Shown piece after piece: positions 49,800 through 62,760 of a stretch of DNA of 64,000 bases. The notes beneath the pieces are model-generated. The model was given only the letters and a program-made list of their open reading frames with translations. It was not told the origin of the DNA and did no database searches. A program made the position numbers and the translations under genes. This DNA comes from Convolutriloba macropyga (Eukaryota), in the NCBI RefSeq assembly GCF_964194025.1, contig NC_134472.1, positions 11,408,001 to 11,472,000 of the forward strand. Direction: 5' to 3'. Each line of letters starts with the position of its first letter. Within the stretch, counting starts at the first letter, position 1.

Positions 49800-52520
49800 A
49801 AACAGTTTCATTTGAAAACATCGTAAAATGGCAAGTGACCCTTCCCTCAATATTAATAATCATTCCATCAACCTATTCATACAATTTTTGCTGTCCTTAT
49901 ATATTAAAAACAAAATGAGCTGAGCGTGCATACTACCCTGAAGTCAGTTGTAAAATGGTCAAAAGGCTAAAACTTTTTCCTAGAAAAAAAGTAAATAAGA
50001 ATAAAACTCGAATTAATTGCAATCAGAATACTAGAAGAAAAGCAAAATACTAGCGAAAAAAAATCAAAAAATACTCATAGAGAAATGCTATTTTCTCAAT
50101 CTTATGTTCAAGACGAGCTAGCACCGGCATTTCAAAAGGAACCCTTGAGCGTTTGGATGACTTCATTACCAAATCAACTTCTAAGCTCCACTCTAGAGTT
50201 AAAAAAAACTCCGAGCCATATCTTCCTCATTAAACTACACCTTGTATTTTTCTTCAATCAGTTGTGACTCCACAGCAGTTATCACTTCTTTAAAAACACT
50301 CAGCAGACGCCATTTCCAAGAAACAACCGCCTAGTAATTAACCATGCAACGGCGCCAGAAGTGAAAAAAACGAAGACGAATGGCACTTTACCAAAAGTCT
50401 CAATATAGAAAGCAAATATTTAATCGTCACCAATAAGTCTTCCACACTACACAACTACCCCCTTCAAGACGTTAACAGCCACAAGATAAAACCAAAAATA
50501 AATCAATTCAACCTAGGAAGCTATGTGTCACAAAATATGATATAGCTTCTGACTATTAACACACAAGGAAAAACAAAACAAGTCCCGTTTAACCATACAA
50601 TTTATCTCATCCCTCAGCTTGATACGTAATTTATGAACTCCACAACTTATCACCGAACTTCAACTTCAGTTTATGCCGAAAAAGTTAGGCATCAAAAGCA
50701 AAACCTGCGACCGTCACATTGAGGTCTCAAAGATTGGAACAGACAACTTGATATTTTTTTCTTCAGCACCACTACCCTTCTCCGGCGTTGCGAAACCATT
50801 CGTCAAATTTAATAGATAAATTTCTAATTATAACATTTGTCTAAATTTGATTACCAAAATCCTCATTTTATTATTTGCGGCAAGGAATTTCGTCGCAACT
50901 GATATTCAAACTCTTGATCTGCTTTGGCAATGTGAAATTTAAGCTACTCATTCAACTGACATCGCTATTAACAAACATTATACCATTTCCTCACAAAAAT
51001 AATACATATTTTGAAGGAGCCGTTAATATTGAATGGTTTAAAGACCAATGTTTTGTTACCAGGCATATTGATCCTGCATGGAAAAAGACCTTTAAAAACA
51101 TTTCAAATAACTCATACAAATATGCAAAGCGACTTATTTAAACTGTTCTGCATTTCAAGGCCATGTTATTTATTTACTTATTAGAATTCAATTACTAAGA
51201 GAAGGCACTTACAATTTGCTATAAAATGATGACAGAAATTTGGAAAAAAAAATAATTCAAAAATCCTATACAAAAGGACGACAGAACATCGAAATCAAAA
51301 TGAATTAACTAGTTGCCAAGCCTTTTAATTTTTATAAATGTCTATTCGACTCGTTGTGCAACAAAATCTAAAACTGGCAGGAGCTCGATTCCAGTACAGC
51401 ATGCTTAATTGTTGTTTGGCAGTGGTGGAGGGGAGGGACCTTCAAATCACGGTAGTTAATAGAGCTAATTATAGACGACGAATAATTTAAAAGTGAAAAA
51501 AATGGAAGCAATTTAAGCAAACATTTCTTTTGTTTTAGTAGTAATGCGCCGCCAATTGACCTCAGCATAAAAGCAAAAATACAACAAAATACTTGCTTCA
51601 AGCCAATTTCGAGAGCCCCTGAAATAAACCAGGCCAAAACAAACAGACAAAAGAATGTCAATAGCCTTGTAAATTTGGGAAAACTTTTTATCGTTCGTCC
51701 AACCAATTTTTATCAAATTTCAAACATTTTTAAGGCTTCGATAACTAATGAATATTGCCACACGGTCGTTTTCGGCGTCGATAAGTTATCAAACTCCGAG
51801 GCGAAGCCAAGAAAAAAAACTCTGGTAGGGAGACAAACAAGTGGTAATATTTTTATTCAAATCTCGTTGCAATTTGAACACTTGCATAAATTTTTCACAC
51901 TGTTGAACTGCTGGGATTAGAATGCGAGTTAATCACACTCTTTCATCGCAGTTTATATAGTGACAGTGGTGATAAAATAGTGTGATAAATTCTAGTCTAA
52001 GGACGTAGCAGATTTCGGAGTGTTAATTGGGCGTCAATGTGAGTTTTCACTGTTATATTATGCAACTGTTGTTATCGCATCGAAGGTTGATAGAAATTAA
52101 ATACAGTAATTCTCATATGAACGGCAGAAACAAACCAGATTGTAAAGCACGCCTCGAATTGTCAACACAGTTGCTGCCAGAAATTGACTGCAAAGTTGCC
52201 AACCACGGCTAAAATTTGATGTTCTCAAAAATTCATTTGGTCTTATACTTTGATGTTATGATGCACAGGTTTTAACACACATTTTAAAAATTAAATTGTT
52301 ACTTTCAATCCGTTTTTTGAAAATTCATACCACCTAAATGACTTTCCTTTTTGTTGACTATTTCAAACTAACTTCTTAAAAAATCATTCAGGCAGAGTTG
52401 AGGCACTTGAACAAACAAATCGACAAAAAGGAAATTTAGACTACATTTGATAGCATAACTCAAGAGATTTGTGTTCCTATGAAATTAAATTAATTTTTGC
52501 GTTTTGATGAACTGAACAAA

Positions 52521-52728
52521 TTATGACGTCGCAGCTGAAGTTGACTGTCCTGCAGATGAATTAGAAGCTCCCAGAGAAGCCATGTTGAAGTTGCGCGTGT
52601 AGTCATACTCGATTGTTGGGATGACAGCTTGGACAAACTTGAGGAACACTACCAAGTACATGTGCACACCTATCTCACCTCCGCCCTCTTGCACTGTCTG
52701 TAGAATTTTCTTCATTACGTCTGCATGT
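52521..52728 (-). CDS. ATG3: ATG3 terminal exon
   Basis: Acceptor tttgcag in phase 2; [17 protein letters not shown]; TAA at 52523-52521. Confidence 0.95.
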
Positions 52729-55700
52729 CTGCAAATGCAACGCAACATACTGAACACAGTTTCGAAGAAAAAGATTTTAATTCCATTTTTACAAACCTGC
52801 TAAATCTTCATGTCTTGGAAAGCTCACGCAGATTCAAGCTGACATCCTTACACACTTTAAAAAACAAGGAGGCTCGTTAATGTGCGGTTGCACAAGATGT
52901 TCCAACCCGCGCTCATCTACATTTTTGGCTTAACTAACTTTTGACTTACATTTTTGGCAAAGAGATAATCAAAAATAGATATTTGAGATTTAAAAAAATC
53001 GTTACACAACCAAAATAATAATTGAATTAAATAATGCCATGCCTCATTACAACGAAATCTGCATTGAAAAGACTACGAGAAAAAACAAAAACAAAAAACC
53101 AAAAAACAAAAAGTTCAGACAAAACCCTAACAACACAAATTTAATTTTTCCTAACTACACAGCAGATGGTATTTTTCTTTAATGAGACTAGATAACGCGT
53201 AATTCAAAAATCATTCAAGGTTCTTTTGAACCACATAATTTCAAGTCTTAAAAATCATTAGCTTTTAACTAAATAATTCATGATAAATTTACTAAAAAGT
53301 CATACTGAATTCAATTGGACCTGTCTTTGGTTAGACTAAGCCATAGGAACGGACTATAGATGCATCAAAACACAAAAAAAACCGAACAACAAAATAAAAA
53401 CATTGCGAAAACAAATAATTGAAGCCATTAAAATCATTAGCTATTATCTGAATAATGTACTTTCATTTCAATTTCTATTCATATTAATCCAGCTAAAGTT
53501 ACACTGAATGAATAAATCGGTTCAATTGAGCCCCATTGAAAATCATTGGGAACACTTGTTACAGGATTGTGTCAAAGCAGGAGAAAAAGAAACACAACTT
53601 GGAAAATTTTTATGAAAACGCATATTGTCTAACAAACAAAACATCAGTTACGTCATAATATTAGTAAACATAAAAAGTGTTAATTTACAGGGAAATGTAT
53701 GGGAATTCTCAATGATGAGACAAAGTTAAAAGTTGACAAAACCTGAAAAAAAAATGAAAAATCCTTAAACTCTTAAAAATGTATACTATTATAAACTTTA
53801 CCATTCCCTATAAACTGACTGCTTCTGGTAAAATTATTCAATCAATCCTCAATTACAAGCCTATGAGACCAGTCAGTATTCTGCAGCTACCTAAAGAAGA
53901 AACCAGGCTAACAGGGAAAATTCAAGAAAAATTTGAGCGAGAAAAGTGTCGAAGCCATTAAAAAATGAACCTTTCAGTAAACACTTTTCTTCTTTAAATT
54001 AATTTTTAACAGCAATGGGATTCTTCTATTTAAAAAATGACTCCAATGAGCCAACAAACGTCAAGGAACGCATTAAAACAACGATATTTTTGAGAAAACC
54101 CGTAGTATCATAGCCATTAAAATCAATAACTTTCAACGGAAGCTAATATATGCGCTAAGTTATGCCTCAATGAGACAACGAGGATGTTTTTTATTCATAA
54201 CTCATCAATAAGGAATTACAGAAAGTCGTTGACAATGAAAACAACAACAAACTTAGGCAAAATCCAAAAAAAAATAAGTAGAAAAGTGTCAAAAGAAAGT
54301 GTCGAAGCCATTTAAACCATTACCTTTTCTCTAAAAACTTTATGTATGATCCATTGAACGTCTGCGCTAAGCCAATGCAACTATCAATATTAGAATAATA
54401 AGTTGAGATTCTAAAAGGAGCCAAAATTACCACAAAAAAATCCAAAAAAAATTGAACAATTTATTTCGAAAACTCGTGCATGATAACACCAATAGTTAGA
54501 ACATAAACCGCTAACTAGATTAATTTTGGTTGAATTAGAAAGGAAGAGTCCGGTCATTACTGAGACTGACTTACAGTTCACGAAATAAGGGTTAAGAAGG
54601 TTTAATGTTTAAACTTTATCAATGATCCATTGAACACCTTCTCTAAGACAAAGGGAGATATCAATGTCAGGATAATGTAAGATTTTAAGAGGGACCAATA
54701 ATAAAAACTCCATTTTTTTAATTTTGAAATGTTGTGGCAATGATGTCATATAACAAATGGTAAGAAAATGAAACCGCTAACCAGTTTAATTTTGGTTGCG
54801 GCAGAAAAGAGGAGTCCGGCCATTACTGAGACTGACTTACAGTTCACGAAAAAAGGGTTAAGATTGTTTAATGCTAAAAAATTTCTCGAAAAATCATTTC
54901 TAAAGTCTTAAGATAATTTCATATAATTATTCTGTTATTCCAATAAAATAAATACTCTCAATTGTCCCTCGATCGGATGACAAGAATTTTTCTCAAGCAT
55001 AGGTAATCAAAAAGACATCGCAACAAACCTTATGACTATGGAAACAACAAATACATGCGAAAACCAAAAATCCAGTGGAAAAGTGCAAGAAGAAAGTGTG
55101 GAAACCCTCGAAACTGTCCGTAAGGTTTTTTTCTGAAAGCTTTATTCATGATCCATTGAACATCTTCTCTAAGCCAATGGGAGATATCATTATCAGGATA
55201 ATGTGGTAAGATTTTAAGAGGGACCAATAATACTAAAATATCCAATTTTTTTTTAATTTGAAATCTTGAGGCATTGAAGCCATATAAAAAATAGTAAGAA
55301 GATAAAACCGCTATCCATATTAATTTTACTTGCAGTAGAAAGGAAGGGGGTCCTGTCATTACTGAGACTGACTTACGAAAATAACTTGACGATCGGTTAA
55401 TGTTAAATTTCTCGATAAATCATTTTTAAATTCTGCCTACTCAAAGCTCTAGATAGGTTCAATTAATGCTCATTACGATACGTAATGCGATTTTAGTCAA
55501 CGATTCTATGCCATAGGACTCCAAAAATTTAGTATAACCTCAAAAAGAAAGCCAAAAATTTATTTAAAACTACGAAAACTCAAAGAGTCGAAGCCAAAAA
55601 AAAAACACGAGCGATTCCTTGAAAACGAAAGTTTTGTTCATTGGGCTTCATTAGACTGTAAATCATTAATGGAACACCGGTATGAAAATTGACTTGTCTC

Positions 55701-58546
55701 TAGGTGACTTAAGACAAAAAAATATGAAAAGTTTTCTAAAGTGCTTTCAAACAAAATTATAATTTTTGTGACAAAAAAATATATTAAGTTTTCTAAAGTG
55801 CCTTCAAATAGAATTATAAATTTTGTGACAAAAAAAAATGTGAAAAGTCTTCTAAAGTGCTTTCAAATAAAATTATAATTTTTTTGATACTAAACTTCAC
55901 TATGGGACCAGAACTGGTCTTTTTATCGCCTTTCGTCTATTAGGAACTCAAAATTGATTCTTTTTGTGGCGTGAAATGTAACTGAGTCAATATTTTTTAT
56001 GAAAAATGTCTTAATTTGAAGAAAATTTACACTAAAAGTAAACAAAATTAAATATCACGTGTTCACAGAAAACTTCAATCCTCGATAACTCCTCGGAAAA
56101 AACGAAATTAAAAACGCAGAATAGCTGCGAAATAATAGACCTGCGTGCCATAAAATAGAGATAGAAACAGATAGAGAACTAAATTGAAAAAAAAATCGAC
56201 GTCGCTCAAAAAACTAGGCTTAAAAACATTCAGCGATAAATTAATAAAGCTTCTGAAAATTCATTCCACAGAAGCCTCTTATTAGGGACCTTAACTGCAC
56301 ATAGGAGTTCCTTTGACCTTGAACAAATTCAAGTTAAACTTAATTTTTAAAGTGCAAAAGTCATTTTATTGAGTGAGGTAAGTCACGTATGATCAAAATC
56401 TAATCACGCAAATATCCTAAAAACTTTTGCTAAAGCGAGTCAGAAATGACGTCACGCGCGCAAATGCCGTTAGTGAGAGGAAGAAGTCATTCAGAAAATT
56501 TGACTTTTTCAGCTTTGCTGTGTGAAATGTAAAACAAAAAAAGAGCGTCAGACGACGAAACAAAAAACATAGCATGACAAGTCCTGACGTACAATTCAAA
56601 GAATTTTCATTGACTAAACAGAAAACTAGACCTAAAACGGACTATGAATGGATTGGGAAAACCATTTAGAAAAAAATCCGATCCAAAAAATCGAAAAAAC
56701 AGTAAAAATCAAAGTGAAATTGCCGCATGTGAACAAAAAAACCACTAGCGAGAAAGCTAATTTTTGTTCAAACACCGTTTTCTCACTCTGCTTTAAATTT
56801 AGAGCGAAAACATTTCACGCCGCAAAACCACTCGCTTTTTCGCTCCACTTCCTGTTTCAGCGTGACCAAAATCACTACTCCAATTTGACTTCAGAAATCA
56901 TGAAAATGTGTGAACAATCTTAAAAAAAAGACAGCGCCCCAATACAATTCAAATTCTTGAATTGTAAAAAAAACCAAGAGCACCGCAATATAGATACGCT
57001 CAGCTTAGAGCTTCGCAGCTATAAAAAACTTTTTAGTTTCGAATTCTACGCTGGACGAGCATTTTAATGATACCACTCAACATTTATCTACGATGAATAT
57101 ATCGATCGGCCAAAATTTGAGTATATAGTTCCTCCCCGCACGAGTGGAGTCGGAACAACTAAGACTAAGTTTGATCGGTGTGTTGAAAACAATCAACGAC
57201 ATCTGCAACTTTAGATTCAGATACCGCTCTTATGAGACACTGATTTATTTCTTCATTTTCCTATCATTAAATATTAGTTTCAGTTCTGCGATTACAGTCG
57301 GAAATATTTCTTATTGATTGCCAAAAAACAAAAATTCTGTATAGTGAAAGAGGAAAAAATCTGGCGTGAAAAAAATTACGTAACAAATGTGTAAAACCTG
57401 CAGGGGTGGACTGATGCCATGGAGGGTGAATTGAGGTGAGGATGGGACTCCATTGTCACTGTCTGCTGGGCGTGTTCTGCTGAAATGTCTTCAAACATCT
57501 GTGCCTTGTTCAGATTGTTTCTCTTCTGTAATATACAAAACAAGTCACATAATTAAACTTTTTCATTATCATTGAAAATCAGATGAGCATAATTATGCCC
57601 TAATAGGGAACAATTCAAAAAATCGGTTTCCTCTCTTTTGGCCTATGAAATCCTCAACCAGATAAATGTAGCAGGCATTTAAAAAATACATTGTTTAAAA
57701 AAGCACTAGCAGCACCATTACAAGTGTCTACGGTAGCGAAATTAACCTACTTTTAAAGAGGTTGCGACTTAAAGACCAATTGAAACGATTAAGCATGAGT
57801 ACGTGTAGTCCACTTTTACCATGTATTAAGATAAAAAAGGAGCTATTAAAAAACTGATATTTTACAAAAATTCAGAACAAACGGACGTTTATAATGACTT
57901 GCCTCATCGTATCCATAGAGCCAGAGCCTGGGAGTCTGGTAGTATCTATCATATGTGATCATCAAATCATAGGTCCTAGTTGTAATTATATCCGCTCCGC
58001 TTGAAGTATGTTCTCCAGTCCCATTTTCCTTCCCTTCTCCCCCCTCTAGACCTGATTCTGAAGCCTGGTCTCCTTTACTACCTGTTGCTGAGACCACATT
58101 TGGGTCTTCATCTTCGAGATACGCACCTCCTTCTACAAACTCTGAAACCAATACTAATATGTTAACAATCAGCCTCAAGTAAAGTACTATATTTTTATAA
58201 CAAAATTATTTTTTGATGAATTATTTTTTCTGCATATAAAATTTTTGATGTCGCTGTAGGAACACCTTCAAAACCTTATTTGGCTCAGACCACTCTGGTA
58301 TCGAGTCTCTCGTTCAAAGTCGATTGTGCAATTAAATATATTTCTCGTAAAAATCTGGTAAACCTTGACTTTGAGCAGTCTGGGATGGTAAGTTTAAAGT
58401 GCATATTCTACCTTCTAAATCGACAGCCTCTTCTTCATCATCCTCTGCAGTAGTGGCAACAGCAGTGGTATCAGACCCTCCAGCAACAGTTACTTCAGCT
58501 AATTCACTCCCAGTCCCACTTAATTGAACAGCTTCTGATTGACTGT
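52521..58546 (-). CDS. ATG3: ATG3 (E2-like Atg8-conjugating enzyme), last four exons: 58412-58546, 57903-58141, 57398-57525, 52521-52728; 5' exons not found in the window
   Basis: Reads [26 protein letters not shown] | [36 protein letters not shown] | RHADVMKKI...[24 protein letters not shown], including the catalytic HPC. Splice phases are consistent. Confidence 0.96.
53520..53620 (+). mobile_element. Tc1-like transposase remnant
   Basis: [11 protein letters not shown] resembles the SPDLNPIENLW motif. Confidence 0.45.
56119..57022 (-). mobile_element. Helentron-like element, family C, nested in the family B copy
   Basis: Perfect subTIR pair atagctgcgaa / ttcgcagctat; homologous to 1315-2340; hairpin end missing. 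Confidence 0.8.
57398..57525 (-). CDS. ATG3: ATG3 exon containing the catalytic HPC cysteine
   Basis: attacag acceptor; MFEDIS..H...TVTMESHPH...SVHPC; donor AG|GTTTTA. Confidence 0.95.
57903..58141 (-). CDS. ATG3: ATG3 exon ending at a GC donor
   Basis: gtttcag acceptor; ends GYDE|GCAAGT. Confidence 0.93.
58412..58546 (-). CDS. ATG3: ATG3 exon encoding the acidic flexible region
   Basis: ttttgtag acceptor; ...[12 protein letters not shown]; donor G|GTAGAA in phase 1, matching the next exon. Confidence 0.85.
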
Positions 58547-58709
58547 CTACAAAATAAATCATATTTCCAAAATACAATGGTCAACACAACAGAACATGCC
58601 AAAACTTAATTTGTCACGAACTTAATAGCAAAGCTGGCACAATTTGCAATCAGAATATTGAAAAACACTTAAAGCGATTTTTAAATTCCAAGCCTCAGCG
58701 CTCCAAGAC

Positions 58710-59055
58710 TCAGCGCACTGGGGAGCTGATTGGGAGGGGGTGGCAACAGTGGGGTGGGGGGGGGGGACAGCGAGGTGGGGGGTCAATAGTGTGGGTGTCG
58801 TCAACCTCTAAAAACCGCCCTTCACAACATAAGTATAAGTTCACAACATAAGTATAAGTCTCCAAAACAGTTTGAGCTGAAACAGAGCTGAAAAGCTCTA
58901 AGAGCACTTACTGCCCGCTGGGCGCCACCTGTTTATCCCGTTTTTGATGACGAAAAGTCAAAAGCGTCAGGCGAAAAATCGCTCAAGCGAAAATTCGCAT
59001 TAAAAAAGGCCGACAGGACTAATATAATTGCTACAAACTTCGTTTGAGAGCAATT
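58710..59055 (-). mobile_element. Helentron-like element, family A (hairpin end missing)
   Basis: Body homologous to 49500-49799; ends aattgctacaaacttcgtttgagagcaatt. Confidence 0.75.
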
Positions 59056-59986
59056 AATAATTGTATTTTAAGAAAGTTACCGGTGAAAACAGATAATTTT
59101 CAATAAAATATTGATTCCTTCAAATTAACAAGAAAAGAAATTGTGCTTGATTTCTATACAATTGAGTTTTACGACGATTTTCAGTCCACTTTTGAATCAA
59201 TTTTTTTACATTTCTCACAATTGTACGCAACTGTATAAAATTCTGTCCGAAGGTAAAATAAATTATGACAACGCCAAAAAATCATACAATAAAAACTCTA
59301 ATAGAAAGTGAATTCCGTCAAAGTGAGTTAAGTCAAAAAGTGAAAAATTCAGCCCATGTTATAGGTGAATACAGTTTCAGAGAAAGCTAATTAGCGCTCA
59401 GATAAATGTATATTGACAAAAAAATATAAGTAACATAGAAAGCAAACAGAAAAGATGAAAAAGAGCTCAAAAAGATGATGCAATACCATTACCAATAGCA
59501 CCATTCAATCCATCAAAAAAATTGACTAGATAAAATACTATCTTTCTTTTTAAAAAATTCTTTCTGAACTAATTTTGGTCATAAAACCAGATGTAGCTAA
59601 AAATATTCACTAGTCAAAAACGAATCTCACCAAAGACACGTTTTCGTTGATCACTGAAATTCAATAATCCCACACAAACACACAAAAACTCAAAATTAAA
59701 GAATGCAACAAAAGGAACAAAATCGGTGAGAATTTTGGCCTTTAGACTAAACACCATAAAACCGTTTCCAACTCATCTAAGTTTCCAAAACAACTAAGTT
59801 TACTCGATTAAGTTGTAACTCTTTTGTTGACACTCCCGAAACCTAGAAAAAATAAAAGAAGACAAAACCTGACCAAAAACTGGATCAAAAATTCACAAGC
59901 TCAATTAGAAACAATTGCGTACATAACAAGAACCTTTTTGAAAATTGACTAACTCCAAGTAGCAGCCAGTTTAACAGTAATTTCAT

Positions 59987-60382
59987 ACAAAAACCAGCTA
60001 CCATCGGACAATTTTTTCTCGAACGAAAGGCAAGGCAATTTACTTCAGAGGGGGCTGTAGCAAAGAAGAACTTTTCTTTATAGGTGCAAATAAAATCCGT
60101 CTAGGGATTCGAACCCCTCGACTTCTTGCGTCCTACACTGAAGCAAGTACCTCTCAGCTCTCAGGTCTGTATGCTCTCCGTGGCTTACAATCGCTTTTAT
60201 TTTGAGATTGCGTAATTATTTTCTGAATAAGAGCAATTTAAGTCAAGCAAGAGCTCAAGCTCGTGAAAAAGTAACTCAAGAAGTGAAGTGTGTTCTAGAA
60301 GAAAACGGTCACGCAAAAATTAAGCAGAAAAAAAAAACAAACACGTTTACAATAATTGCTTCGGAATTTGTTCGAGAACAAT
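59987..60382 (-). mobile_element. Helentron-like element, family A, with an internal tRNA-like module
   Basis: ttctcgaac / gttcgagaa subTIRs. Minus strand 60100-60165 reads gagctgagagg...ggttcgaatccct. Confidence 0.7.
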
Positions 60383-60619
60383 GAAAAACAGTACAACTTT
60401 ACACTTGCAAAACAGTCGACCCAATAACTATTCTCATCGCCCTGAGATTTATGATTTCTGAGCAACTCAAGAAATGCTAGGCCTGGTAAAAAACGAATAC
60501 ATTTAACTTATACGCAACAGGCAACTTAGCAAAGGCCTCGGTTCTCAGCACTGTTGATAACATACATTCCCAGCACAATTAGATATTGTAAAATAAATTA
60601 ATGCGACTCAAAACTTAAA

Positions 60620-61032
60620 ACATAACCGACTGAGGTCGGGCGAATTGCTCTCAAACGAACGGCGAGCGGTTAGCTTCTTCAGTAGCTAAGCACGGTTTAG
60701 TGAGGCTAGTTTTAGCTTAATTGAAGGAGCGTAAGTGAGCGCAGCAGGGTGCACCGGGGGCTGATGGGGTGGCAACAGTGGGGTGAGGGTCAATCTCTAA
60801 AAACCGCCCTTCGCATCATAAGTCTCCCAAACGGATTCTGTGAATCGCATTCTTGAAGACTAGTGAGCTGAAAGGCTCTAAAAGCACTTTATGCCAGCTG
60901 GGCGCTAACTGTTTATCCCGTTTTTGAGGACAAAAAGTCAAATTCGTCAGACGAAAACTTGGTCAAGCGAAAATCGCATAAAAAGACCGACAGGACTAAG
61001 ATAATTGCTACAAACTTCTTTTGAGAGAAATT
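60620..61032 (-). mobile_element. Helentron-like element, family A (best-preserved copy)
   Basis: Perfect hairpin CCGAC-TGAG-GTCGG (60626-60639), subTIR aattgctctcaaacga (60643-60658), and distal subTIR plus partial IR ending at 61032. Confidence 0.85.
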
Positions 61033-62580
61033 AAATAGCTCTAATTCGGTAGGTCAATGAAAAATGAACGAAGAGCCATTGATTGAATGACTGTTCACAT
61101 GACATAGCATCCACAAAACCAGACGTTAAAAAGAGCCTGCAAAAGTTTTTAAGGAAAGTAGACAACACACAAACGTATACACAGCCATCATTATTTTAAT
61201 CAGTTCTCAGCAGGCTAAAAATTTGTAGGTCTTAATTTCTGTTTGAATTAGAATTTTTTAAGGCTCATCATTTCAGAGTTCTGAGGAGCCAAATGATAAT
61301 GTTAACTATTTTGTAAAACTTCATAACAGATGGGACATCGAAAAGCACATCAAACGTTTGAAAAAGCATTTTTCAATAGTGATATGACATCAAAATTTCT
61401 ATTCGGAAAGCAAAAAAAAGGAACTAAATCAAATCTAGTTGCGAAGTAGGGAGAAATGGTTCTCAACTTGTATTTCCTTTAAACTTGAACTAAGGGACAA
61501 ATTGTGCTCGTCTCTTTTAGTAAATCCAAAATAATTTATTTTTTGTTGTTTCTTAAGTTTTAATTTCGATCTAAAATTGTATAAATATCATAATATAAGT
61601 TTTAGGCACCATTTATAAATTTAAAAGAGCTTCAATACAAACTATTTAGAATAAAAGTATTTCAGTTTCTCATTTTGTGTGCTTTGGCATTAGCTTCAAA
61701 ATGAGCGCTACTCAAAGATTTCATGGAACGAAGTCTTTCCGAAACAATTTTACAGCGGGAATTCAAAGGTTGTAAACATAATCCCATCTTGCAACTTAAA
61801 ATATTTTAGAATTCTCCATAATTTTAAGGAGAGTTATTTGGCTTATGATAAAGCAACAATGAAATTCAATTTCCATCATTTTCTCCCCGAATTAATTCAA
61901 TAATTTCATGATAAACTTTTGATAATTTTGTCTTTTTACTTCAACTTGTTTAATAGCATCTTCTTGCTTCTGTTATTTTTGGCACACGTCGGTGCATGGC
62001 TATATATTTTTGAACGCTTGTCAAATGACAGTTCTCTGAAAGTTTTAGATCAGATTTTTGGTATTCTTGTGCCTCCTCAATTTTATCGCTCTCTGAGTGT
62101 TATAATTTCATGTCATAATGAACATCAAATTTTGAACCTTTGATACAGCGATCAGATCATGAACTGAAACATCCAAGAGTTCAATGATATTATACCGTTT
62201 GATCTCAACTTTTGAATCAAAAGTTCATCACCTCAGTCAATGAAATCGCCAACCTTAAGTAAATTATAAGATATCCATTTATTTCGATGCTATCTACAGA
62301 GGAAACCTGTATTTAACGGAACATGTGAATCGTCGACTTGCTTTATAATGATAACTTTTGATCCTCTTTAGCTCATTTGCCAACGGTTTAACGAAAGCTC
62401 TCGAGTTATGTGAACTCTCAGTTCAGATCTGATTGTCGAACGGTAACAGTAAGAGATAAATACTAAAATGGAGGCGTAAAAGTGGGTAGAATATCGAAGA
62501 TACATATTACTTGGGAGCCTCGGCCAAAAATTGGGAGCCTCCAATTTTACAACAATCAATAACAAAAGTTAGAAAGGAGA

Positions 62581-62760
62581 ACATAACCCACTAACGTCGG
62601 GCAAACTGCTCTTAAACGACCGGTTGGCTTCGTAAGTAGCTAGCTAAGGTTTAGTGAAGCTAGCTCAATTGAAGGGGGCTCGAGGTGAGCGCAGTGCTGG
62701 TGGTCTTACGGCGTAAACCATGTGCAGGGGCTGGGGATGGGGGGGGGGCTGATGCTTGCA
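62581..62760 (-). mobile_element. Helentron-like element, family A (truncated)
   Basis: acataacccactaacgtcgggcaaactgctcttaaacgac followed by the family A body. Confidence 0.7.

Larger units (their letters stand above)
52863..57158 (-). mobile_element. Helentron-like element, family B, filling most of the last ATG3 intron, with nested insertions
   Basis: Left end aacaaggaggctc..tgtgcggttgcaca..gttccaaccc; right end atcgatcggccaaaatttgagtatatagttcctcccc..gagtcggaacaa. Internal ~270-bp repeats (54350-55380) and ~57-bp repeats x3 (55713-55885). Confidence 0.75.

Noticed and set aside
51368-51716. Possible APE endonuclease relic (RSIGGALLL, RDLKVP)
   Set aside because: Motifs are too degenerate to call without a profile search.
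55713-55885. Short repeated units superficially like a CRISPR array
   Set aside because: Contiguous ~57-bp tandem repeats without unique spacers, in a eukaryotic intron, with no cas genes.
60100-60170. Functional tRNA gene
   Set aside because: No proper acceptor stem, and it sits inside a repeat. Treated as a tRNA-derived module.
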